Program-made: the position numbers and the translations under genes
Origin: Lama guanicoe
Taxonomy: Eukaryota
Direction of reading: 5' to 3'
NCBI GenBank assembly: GCA_013239625.1
Contig: MU053810.1
Span: 5,862,122-5,926,121, forward strand
DNA: 64,000 nucleotides
Part shown: piece after piece, positions 1-10,829 of the stretch
How positions within the stretch are numbered: the first letter of the stretch is position 1
Layout: each line of letters starts with the position of its first letter
The notes under the pieces: generated by a model
Told to the model about the DNA's origin: nothing
Databases searched by the model: none
Seen by the model: the letters and a program-made list of their open reading frames with translations, nothing else

Positions 1-160
1 CACTAGTCTGGCCTTTTGCTGGTTTCCAGCTGATGAGGTGGAATATCTCACTGCCATCCCCAAAGTGCCTGCTCCCAACTAGGAACTCTCACCTGTCACA
101 TATCAAGTAACAGGTCATTTTCAATCTCAGTTTAGAAATAATAATTAGTATAAACATTAC

Positions 161-297
161 ATATTAAAACTACTAATAAGAGCATATTCTTCTGCAGCCA
201 TTCATAGATATCCTGAGAAGACACACTAATACCTTTCTGAAGAAGAAGCCTGACTACATTTGGTGATTCATAATTTACAGCAAGCATGAGCGCTGAT
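161..297 (-). pseudogene. ANKRD26: Degenerate ankyrin-repeat exon (putative ANKRD26 exon 5 relic)
   Basis: Reads (R)SALMLAVNYESPNVVRLLLQKGISVSSQDIYEW/AEEYALISSFN with a 1-nt deletion after the TGG codon. The acceptor reads ttttcg instead of AG, the donor is gtaatg, and the length is 137 nt. Confidence 0.75.
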
Positions 298-1586
298 CGA
301 AAATAACAGAGAGATAACCTCACCCTTAGGAACTTAGTTAACTTACTGAAACAGCTACTTTGATCTATTTTACCAAGTTAATATCCTGCCCATCCCTGTA
401 GAACTGACCATTTACATGCTTAAGTGTGAATTACCTCCAAGGCCAAAAAGAAGGGACAAAAAAAGAAGCCTCCTGTCCTACGTGGGTAGCACGAAGTAGA
501 TGTTGCTAATTTAAAGTCCTCTGATGGACAGGAAAGTATGCTGAGGTCACTTATCTGAAGTAGGTAAAGATTTAAACAAAGGATTCCCCATTTCTTCCCT
601 AGTCTGAAATATAATGCTTTAAAATCAGCTAGAGATCAGGTAAGGAGAAGCTGTTTGCAGGCTGAAAACAGTAATATGAATAAAAATGGCAGCAAAAATA
701 GTCACAGCTGCAGTTAACCACGCTGAGAAGCATGTGTCCGGCACTAACCTGAATAGTCTACTTATGGTCTTTCTTAGACACAACCATCCTTGAAGGATGT
801 ACTACGACCCTCCTTTCTGTGTCAGGATACATATGTGTTGATAAGTCATGTCCCCCAGGTAACACACCTGGCCAGCAGGAGAGCTGGGAATTCAACCCCG
901 TCTGACTCTAAAGCCCAGCTCTTTCCTCTTTATTACCCACCAAAGACTTGTCTTCTTTAAAGGGAATGTTTATTCAATAATTAAAGCTATCTTTCTTCCT
1001 TCTAACATTATCAATTAAAAATAAAAACATCAAAATGTACTAGATAGGAAAAAGGATAAAAACTGATGAGCCCACAGTATCTGGTAATAATTAATCACTT
1101 AGTGATACTCACTTAGTGATAACCTAATAACATCAGTATCCTTCAGAGAAAGTAATTTAAAGCAGAGTCATCCAAAAAGACAAAACAAATTCCTCTCTGT
1201 TTAATATGCATCTTTTAAGACAAAAATATATACAAAGTAGAGGTTAAAAAATTATTATAAAAGAATTAAGAAATCTAATACTGTGTCATAAGGTAAATTA
1301 AAATTAGAGTCTATGCTTTATAAAACTAAAATGAGATCCCTGAACTATTATTAAGATCATGACCAAAAAAATCAGGTTGCAAATGATATCAGTCACTATT
1401 ATAAAGGAAGACGAATCCTGCTACATACTGTTCTTTGTGACACCCAGGCAGAATAATTGCTTTTCTACCTAACTGAAGATGTGTTGATTCTAAGTCAATC
1501 CTCTTCTTATTAAGTTAATCTTTCTGATTGTTATTACTCTAGAACAACACTAAGGTTTAAAAAAAAAAAAGAACAAACTACTGTAC

Positions 1587-1693
1587 CTTTTCACCTTATT
1601 GGCTGTGTGTATATTTGCCTCTTTCTTTACAAGAAATTCTGCCATTTGCTGTTTGTTTTCACTTACAGCTAGTAAAAGTGGTGTGAGGTCATC
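1587..1693 (-). CDS. ANKRD26: ANKRD26 coding exon 4 (107 nt)
   Basis: tttacag|GATGACCTCACACCA...GTGAAAAG|gtacag; DDLTPLLLAVSENKQQMAEFLVKKEANIHTANKVK, an ankyrin repeat in phase with exon 3. Confidence 0.93.
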
Positions 1694-2850
1694 CTGTAAA
1701 ATAGCAAAAACAGTTGATAATGTACAAAATTACATATTTCAAAGCTGAATTTAAAAACTCATAACAGTCTTTGAACTTAAACATATAATATAAAGTAAAT
1801 AAAAAGTAGCACTTCTTCCTCACCCCTCTGTGCTCCTCTTTAAAACGTTCTCCTTGACCTCTTCAAAAGATTAATCATGAAGTCATTCTCTAAAACTCAC
1901 TTCAAATGTCTACTGGTTCCAAGAATCTTTGCTTCTATCGCAGTGTCTATCAGGCCTTCTGTAGTTACCTTACTGCTCACCTACTACTCCCAACACTCTA
2001 AACAGTGCTCCAGAGAGAACCATTTAGCTATTGAATCTATTGCATTTTTAAGGAACCACGCTCAGGAGGAAGATATAATATTGTCTGTAATATACATAAC
2101 CTATCCAACTATAACCATGACTAACCTCATAAGGTTTGCTGACATTCCAATGGGAATATGATTATTTACATGTATGTGTAAAGAAAAATGAGTTTTTTAA
2201 AAACCAACTTATAAATTCTGATTTGAAAAATTCCATCCCATTCTTAAGAGATTATTATAAAATAAGAAATAGGTTATTAATTAATATACTGTCTTTAAAA
2301 TCTTGAAATATTTATCAAAATACACTGTAAAACAGAAATCATAATCTCAAATGCTTACAGAGGCAACGCAGGTGACCCGAGTAAGCGAAGGTCCCAGCTG
2401 CGGACAGCAAACCGGAGAACACACGCCCCACTGAGAAGGGGCCACCTCTGCAAGGCAGACCACACAGGAGCCTGGGCTCAAGGGGGATCAGATTTGATTC
2501 TTTATGAGAAGCTTGAAATGCAGATTTCTGCATGAGTCTCCTAAATTCTAAATCTTGACTCAATTTCTTGACACAAATTGAACATATCCAGGGCCCACGT
2601 GTATTTTCAGGTTTGCCGTGTCTCCAAACAGTTGGGAATAAGGAAAAGGAGTTACTCTTCAAGCCAACAGATATTGTTAATAATATTCCTTTTAATTTCT
2701 CAATCACAGAGGAAGAGATGGATCAAAGTCAGGCTAATATGGTTGGAAAGGAGAGCATTGAAGGAAGTAACATCTATCCAAGTCCCACTCTTCTAGAGAT
2801 GCCTTATTTTTGAGATCTGTGAATTTACATGTATTACATGTATCCATTCA

Positions 2851-3030
2851 ATAGTTCTCAACCAAAGGTTGTATCAGAATCTCAAAGAAATACTTCTAAA
2901 TATTCGTGTCCAGGACTTTACTAGATTTATTCAATTAAAATCTTCAAGGGAGAGCCTAGGCTTGTAAATTTTTTATAAATTCTCCAGGGATCATGGTTCA
3001 CCAGCACAATTCAAGCTGAGAACCAGTGCA
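2851..3030. mobile_element. MER5-like hAT/Charlie MITE relic
   Basis: Termini atagttctcaa ... tgagaaccagtg resemble MER5 inverted ends; internal cagaatctc motif. Confidence 0.55.
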
Positions 3031-3945
3031 GGGGACAACCAACCACTTTAGTTTCATCTCTTACCCACGTGGCCAGTTCCTTCTCTCATTTGAGGATTTG
3101 AACAAAAAAAGAAAAGTGTTAGAGAAAAAAGTCACTTAACAAAACTGCATTTAATTATCCTGGGCAAACAGAACAAGGACTAGTAAATTCAGAATGCAAC
3201 TTGATTTCATTATTTATGCATTCCTTACTTCTCACCAAGACATTCTAGATTTGAGACCCACGTCTAGACTCTTATCTAAGTGGCTGTTTCTGCCAGAATA
3301 GGACAGTATGTCAGTTAATTATTTGTTCTTTTCTCTTATTTCCCACTTAATCACCACCTGTTTACCGCCATTCTGATTTCCTCAGAGTCCTCCTAAAACT
3401 GATCTCTCAGCAAGTTTACAATTCACTTACTCTCTTCCCCAAAATAAGAATGATTATCCCCAAAAACTGAAAAGCAGCTTCTGTCACTACAAAAACAGAA
3501 AGAAAACAAAAACAAAAACAAAAACAAAAATGTATTCTTGGTATTTCCCAATTGCCCAATTTCCAAACTGGCCTGAATATTTCAACTGCTCTCTCCTTTT
3601 CCTCCTCTGAAGGCTTGGACAATGAGAGAGAAATCATTTTTATATAAGTCATTTTTTAATAAAGTAGGAACTTGTCCACAGCAGCAAGATTTTGATTATA
3701 TTATAAAATGCTTTTGTTTTGTTTGAGTGTTAAGACAAATTTTATTTCCAAGGCAAGTTTTGCTTTCTTGTATTCGTATGCCAATCAGAAAAAAACTTTG
3801 AGTGGGTAAAAAATATCTGAAAAAAAAATTTTTTTACCTGCAAAAAATGCAATGTTTTCATAAATATCTGCCTTAAACAAATAAAAGAAAGCTGTACCTT
3901 CTAATGCTTCTTTGGCAATAACATTCTTTAAAAGTAAAATCTTAG

Positions 3946-4178
3946 GGGGGTGGAGGGTGGGAAAGGATAGACTGGGATTTCAAAATTGTAGAATAGATAA
4001 ACAAGATTATACTGTATAGCACAGGGAAATATACACAAAATGTTATGATAACTCACAGAGAAAAAAATGTGACAATGAGTGTGTATATGTCCATGAATGA
4101 CTGAAAAATTGTGCTGAACATTGGAATTTGACACAACATTGTAAAATGATTATAAATCAATAAAGAATGTTAAAAAAA
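3946..4178 (+). mobile_element. 5'-truncated L1 3' end with perfect TSD
   Basis: L1 3'UTR motifs (ctgtatagcacagggaa...caataaa), A-tail, and 16-bp TSD aaaagtaaaatcttag at 3930-3945 and 4179-4194. Confidence 0.85.
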
Positions 4179-4928
4179 AAAAGTAAAATCTTAGACAAGT
4201 TCTTTCCAAATATTTTCTCTCAGGGAATGCCTGAGCCTCCAAATATATAAAATTTCTCCTACTATGTGAGTGGAGGGAGTTCCTGGCAGGGCTTCAGTGT
4301 CTGGAGGTAATGAATATCCGGGAGAAAAAGCAGGACCAGCTTCACCATCACCTGCTCCCCACCTACAGCCACAGCCCCACTGAGGAGCTACATGAGGCTG
4401 AGCATTGAAAACCCCAGGGGGTACATGGCGGGCCAGGTGGCCACCAGCGCAAGTGAATGCCCTTGCTGGCTGTCAAACATGACCTGGCCTCACTTGCCCC
4501 GATCCCAGAAACTGGTGTCCTGGGGTGCTCAGGGCCTGTGGCCTGCTGTCTCCCCTGTCCACATGCACTCACCCAACTCCCCCTGCTGGATACTGGGTCT
4601 CCTTCCTCCTCTCACCCATCCCCAGTAGCACCCCAGCCCCACGTCATCACTTCACTCCCCCCCAGGCCTTTGTCTCCTGTAGGCTCTGAGCCTACCACCC
4701 ACTCCCAGGGACTTTCTAATGGGAAGTTGTTCCTTCTGGGGTAGAAGTGGGGCTGGGAGACAGAGCTCTGCCCTTTCTGTGGGCACCACTTTTCTCAAGC
4801 CCCTGGCCTTGGTTTTGGAGATGTTTCATGGTAACAGGGCCTGATATATATGGTATACATAGTATTATAAATAAAACACCTGTAGCTAAAAAAGACCCTG
4901 TATTTCGAATATTTTATAAATAAAGTTA

Positions 4929-5123
<195 letters not shown>

Positions 5124-5234
5124 TCACGCCAAGAAACAGACTGTAAGTGTTAGATATTCCAAGTCAACATTCCCCAAGTTCCATCAGTTCATTATATTTA
5201 AAACTGATAAATTCAAGTTTATTCTAAGCAGTTA

Positions 5235-5420
<186 letters not shown>

Positions 5421-5589
5421 TTAGAGTGTACTAGTTCAAACATACAATTACTCACATAACTGTAAATATTCAACAGCATGCTATTACTACCCCTTTAAAA
5501 CAAATATTTTCTTATGGAGAAAGAACAATATTTATTGTTACTCAGCACATTAACGGAAAAACAACCTGTTTGAACAGGAAGAGCATGAC

Positions 5590-5810
5590 CTTGAGATTCG
5601 GCTCAATTTGGGTCTGACTTCTACTTTAACTCTGTCACTTATTAGCTGTTACTTAGCCTGTCTGTGCCTCAATTTCCTCATCAATAAAATGGGGATGAAG
5701 TAGTGGTTATCTCACAGGACACCACTGTGGTGCTTAAATGAGAAGCCATGCAAAGTGTTTAGCAGTTCCTTGCACAAATAACAACTCAATAATCATTAGA
5801 TAATATTAGA
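5590..5810 (+). mobile_element. MIR SINE relic
   Basis: MIR core ctgtgcctcaatttcctcatcaataaaatgggga. Confidence 0.7.
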
Positions 5811-6009
5811 ATTGTTACTGTTACTACTATTTTACAAAGACAATATTTCAATTAAGTAAAATGATAGTATACCTACTTTGCTGCTGCAAGGATGAGAGAG
5901 AACACTGTACTTCAATGATTCTAACATGCTCATTTTCTCACTCTTCAACATCTCTGACATGGGAAAGCAATTTAAAACTCATGTCTTACAACCACAGTTG
6001 GCAGCATTT

Positions 6010-6325
6010 TTTTTTTTTTACTGTTTCTCATTTTTCCTGTTTGTCTAATTATCATAATGTTTTTGTCTCATGTTGTTTTTTTATTGTTGTTGACGTATAA
6101 CATTACTACATAAATTACAGATGTACAATATAGTGATTCTCCATTTTTAAATTATACTCCATTTGTAGTTATTATAAAATATTAGCTACATTCCCCATGT
6201 TGCACAATATATCCTTGTAGCTTATTTTAAACCTAATAGTTTATACCCTTTAGCCCTCTACCCCTACATTGTGCCTCCCCGCTTCCCTCCTTCACTGTTA
6301 ATCACTAGTTTGTCCTCTATATCTG
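6010..6325 (-). mobile_element. L1 3' fragment with TSD and probable short 3' transduction
   Basis: L1 3'UTR at 6072-6325; 14-bp TSD agttggcagcattt at 5996-6009 and 6326-6339; a second poly(T) run at about 6007-6019. Confidence 0.75.
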
Positions 6326-8370
6326 AGTTGGCAGCATTTAAAAAAATGTCTTATTGGCACATAAAATAGCACAGCATCATACAATCCATGGTGCCTTCCA
6401 GTAAGTGAAATAATGATCCACACAAGAAGTCTACTGCAGTTCCAGTCACATGGGTGGCTTTTAAATAAATTTTAGTTCTTAAAGCATTATAAGCAATATT
6501 GTAAATCAAGTATACTTCAGTTTAAAAAATTATAAACTAAAAGTATTATGGGGAAAGAGAACTAAAATAATAAAACAAAACAAGAATTTCTGAAAAAGTC
6601 ACTCTTACTCTGATTTTCAAGAAACTTTAAACCAAAGGAAATTCAGGATTCAAATGAATAGAGATGGCTCATTTTATTCAACATTTAGATTTATACATTG
6701 TTATGAAATCAAACATTTCCAATGATCAATAATATTTCATACTATTATAAATGTTCAAAAGGGCAGGTAAAGGTTATTTTTTACAATTTCCTACCTTCAG
6801 ACAAGTTTTTGTTTGAAAGGGAGGGAAAGCGTCAACTGGAAATGAAATGTTAATACTTCAGTTTTTAAGGTCTCATCTTGCTCATAGGGCACAACGTGGA
6901 CGTTTTTAAGGACGAAAGGGCTCTGAGACAGAGAGACCAAGGGTCCTGAGTAGTCTGTCTACTACATAATAGGTATTAAAGTTATATCTGATGAATAAAT
7001 GGATTGAAAGAATGAAGAAATATAGTTGAAGGGTTCAGTCTTTATAAGAAAACTTTTATAAAGTAAAGCGATACTTTTGCAATAACAATCACTTGCATTT
7101 GCTATTTTTTACTTTATTTTCATAAGGACACAACAAAAACTTTACAAACTTTTGCAATAGTACTGATAATTTATGTTTGCTATTTTTATTTCCATAAGAA
7201 TGTAACTAAAGTAAAATGATTAATCTATAATCATTTACATGTAATAAAGCTACGTATAATCCAAAACATGTGTATGTAATTAAATGCATACCTAGTAAAA
7301 TCTACAAGCACAGATAAAAGGAATTCCCTTTACTTCTGAAGAGGCTAAAAGTTATCCGAAGATACCACTACTCAAAAAAAAAAAAAAACTTTAAAAAAAT
7401 AGTGAGAATTTTTAAATCTAAGAATTATATTCCTGCTCTTTCTCAGGATTATTTCATGAATAATAAACATTTACTAGAATTTTTGTACATATTCATCGTA
7501 CAAATCACAGCCTTTTTAAAAAGGAAGAACTTCACACATAATACAAATGCTCAGAAATAAATTTCATCACATTTGTGTACATACTTTTGGCTAAGTAACA
7601 AGTTCTAAAGTCTTACATATATTTGGGTGTTTGGGCATTTTCTGTTCCATTCATAAATCTGTCTTTCCGTTTGTTAGTAAATGAATAATTTGTGGAAATT
7701 TACAGCACATTTTCGTATCTAGAAGGGCAAAGCTTTGTCTACCACACAAAAATATGAATTTCATCACAACAATTAAAAACAGCATGTGTAACTCGACATA
7801 TTTAAGATCATGATATGTTTACTTGGTGTATGTAAAGCTGATAAATATGGGAAGACTATACATTTTAAGAAAATGAGTCCACCTATTCAATAACACAGCC
7901 ATCTTCCCACTTTCAAGTTGTCTCCTAAGGTCCTTCAGTAAAGAACATATGTACAAATGTGTATGTACGCTGACATAAAACAGATATCAAATTGTATTCG
8001 AAGAATTTTTATCCCAGAAACTGATCTATCATAATGGGAATTATTTTTCTCATTACACACTTTTCTGTAATATATAACATGATGGTATAAAAATGTGTAC
8101 ATTAAAAATAAGATGCCGTTTTATGTTTATGCTCAATTTCATTTTTATTATCACTGTTTTGCAGTTAAATCATATAAAAACTGTCAGTAAAGTGCTCTAT
8201 AAAGAGAATTATGAGTGAGTCCAAAACCAGCTAAAGCTTTTCCCGCCTAGAAAGTCTGCTGGGCGCTGGACCCTACAGGGGTTTCCAGGAGCCTCCGAGG
8301 AGAACCTGACAGGTGGGGCCGCCCCGGGCGCCTCCCCTCCCGGCCGGCCCCAGCCCGCCACCTCAGTTAC

Positions 8371-8603
8371 CTGTTCATCTTGTCTCTGTCGTTCAAGCCA
8401 TTTTTCCTGAGCAGCAGAATCTGCTGCACTCTGGCCACGTCGCCTACGCTGGCAGCTTTATGGATCTTTTTGAGATCCTTGTCTCGGATATGGTACCCAG
8501 GTGGGGAGTTACCGCTGTTCCTGCGGTCTCTCCCGGGGCTTGTGGAGGAGCCCAAGGGCGACTCGCCCTTCCTATTCCCGAAGTGAAAAATCTTCTTCAT
8601 CAT
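8371..8603 (-). CDS. ANKRD26: ANKRD26 coding exon 1 (ankyrin repeat domain protein 26 N-terminus)
   Basis: MMKKIFHFGNRKGESPLGS...PGYHIRDKDLKKIHKAASVGDVARVQQILLLRKNGLNDRDKMN(R); donor AG|gtaact; CpG-rich; syntenic position next to YME1L1. Confidence 0.93.
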
Positions 8604-8880
8604 AGGGCCTACCAGCTTCAGACACCGCTCACCTCCCCCTCAGCTTTTCACAGCCTCCTGAGTCTTAACACTGGCGCTACAGGTAAGCCACCGCGGTTTT
8701 GCACATCTCGGCAGTTGAAGCTCCACGGCTTGCAATCTTTCGGTTTGGAATAACGATAACCTGGCAACACAGTACGCCTGCGCGCCTCGAAGCCGGTGTC
8801 ACTGCGCATGCGCCTAGAGGCCCGGAGTCCCTCCCCCACCCCACCCGCCTGCCAGCATGCCCAGTGCGCATGTGCAAGCC
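8604..8880 (-). promoter_or_regulatory. ANKRD26: ANKRD26 CpG promoter/5'UTR
   Basis: NRF1 consensus TGCGCATGCGC at 8803-8813, near-consensus copies at 8775-8785 and 8865-8876; X-box-like GATAACCTGGCAAC at 8755-8768; G-tract at 8829-8846. Confidence 0.75.
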
Positions 8881-8946
8881 CCAGGCTTCACAAAACTCTG
8901 TGATTGATTGTGGGCAGCATTGGATTCCTTTAAAATGTTAGTGCTA

Positions 8947-9066
8947 TTCATTCCTGAGTTTCGGCACCAAAAAAATAAAATAATTAAAATAAAATAAAAC
9001 AAGAAAATATAATAAAATTAAATTAATATAAAATAATAAAATAAAATAATAAAATTAAAATAAAAT
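8947..9066 (+). pseudogene. Retroposed 3' fragment of mature tRNA-Phe with A-rich tail
   Basis: TTCATTCCTGAGTTTCGGCACCA (8947-8969) resembles the tRNA-Phe(GAA) 3' end plus CCA; (TAAAA)n tail; 15-bp TSD aaaatgttagtgcta at 8932-8946 and 9067-9081. Confidence 0.7.
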
Positions 9067-10829
9067 AAAATGTTAGTGCTAGTTGGCTGAGCAGTTCGGG
9101 TCATTTGCAGAAGTTAGACTTGCTTCTGAGAAAATCATGTTTGCATGCAACTGGGGTTAGAGTGGCGTGGAACCTCAGGATGCTGAAGGCCTCATCCCCA
9201 GAGAGCTCCCTCTAAAAACTAAATCTCCTTATCCCTCAGTTTATTCCTTTCCGCATCCCTCTGGGCCCCAGCCAGTCTCCATGGAATTTAGCAGGTGCGA
9301 ACAGCAGAAAGCTGCTTTCATGGTTTCAGAGACTGTGGCAATATGAGTCATTAAGTGCAAACTTAGGAGAAACCAATGCATGGTCTACAGATGAAATGAA
9401 AAAGTGTTTCCGCATGCCTGCTGACACTCCCCTGTGGCTCAGCCTTATGTTTATGTTTACTATTATTTTGCTTTTTGCATTTATTCTCCACCAATTAAAT
9501 CTTTAACCAACCCAAGATTTATTTTGGAGCATGGTGTAACATTTGAGAACTTTTTAACCATGTAACTATGAAAAAGCCACTTCAGCTGCTCAGTGAGGCC
9601 ACACTGCTGGCTGACCACTTGCAGGAGGGGTGGAAGGCAGGACGGTCCTCTTCTTCCTCCCTCGGCTGGCTAATTATGGTTTCTGGCCCTGCCAGAGTTC
9701 CTAAGTGGCTGATACTCCTGGGAGGTGGTCTTGAGGAGCCTGGACCTGGCAACTGGTTTTAAGTTTTCTCTCAGAGGCATTCCTGTGCCCACAGCTGTTC
9801 TCACCTGCAACTCCCCTGACCTAAATGAACATGGTCCATTCTGTTGACCTTTCTTTCTTCTTGGCTCTTAAGGAATCCAGATCCACTTCGGATTAGCCTC
9901 TTCCGAGGCCTGTTCACACCTCTAAGTGGCCCTTTTGTACGGTATCGACAATGCATCCTCAGAAAGGCTCACTTTCTCTCTTCCACGTTTGACCAACATC
10001 TGGTCCCACATAAGCAGTCTTCTCAAAGCAGATGCTGAGCGAGCAAAGCAGTCTCAACACACCAGCAGTTCTTCTCCCTGAGCCAAAGTAACTTACCAGC
10101 TCCCTCACGTTCCGGGTTCCCTGGGTGTGAGTGAGACACCTGCTCCCAGAACTGCAGATTCATATCAAGCTCTCCAAACTGGGTTTTATGACCTATCCCT
10201 CTCACCATCCCTCTTTGGCAGCTCTGTAATTTCTTTTATTCATAAAATGCATTCTCAAATTCATAACAGATTAGCCACCCATTCTATTCCCATACGAAGC
10301 ACTGATATATAACTAAATTAAGTTTCTGTGTTAAAAGCGGGGGGGTGGGAGGCAGGTGGTATCACATTCTCACCTAAAAGAAAGGGGATTCATGTGATAG
10401 AATCGAGGCAGGTGAGAATTTGCATAGAAATAAAATCCTCAGTTCAATGTATCAACTCCAAATTTTATGCCCACGACTAGATGTTATTTTTTCAATCCAA
10501 AGATCGAGTCTAAATTCCAATATATTTTATTAAAATATTACATTCTTACATTAAGAAATATGCTTGTAACTAGCCAGATTGTAATAACTCAGTATTCACT
10601 TTAAAATGAGTATGAACAAATACAAAGAATATCTGAAAATAAAACATGTATCAATTACCCAAAGTAATCAATTTAATAGATATAGGCTCCTCGTAAAACT
10701 CTGGCATTCTGGTAGCTTTGAATGGATAGCTTTGAAAGTTTACAAGTCCTCTCTAAGCCCATCATTATTAGACTGATTTGGTTGGAATGTGATTCAAAAT
10801 AAGTTGGAGAAATTCACTTTCTGCATGGT

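Noticed and set aside
8313..8753. 146-aa plus-strand ORF
   Set aside because: Antisense shadow of ANKRD26 exon 1 in a GC-rich island; non-ATG start and no recognisable protein features.
9500..10210. Possible ERV leader (TGG.. PBS-like start, ctg|gtaagt donor on minus strand)
   Set aside because: I could not match a tRNA primer site or an adjoining LTR by eye; it needs RepeatMasker.
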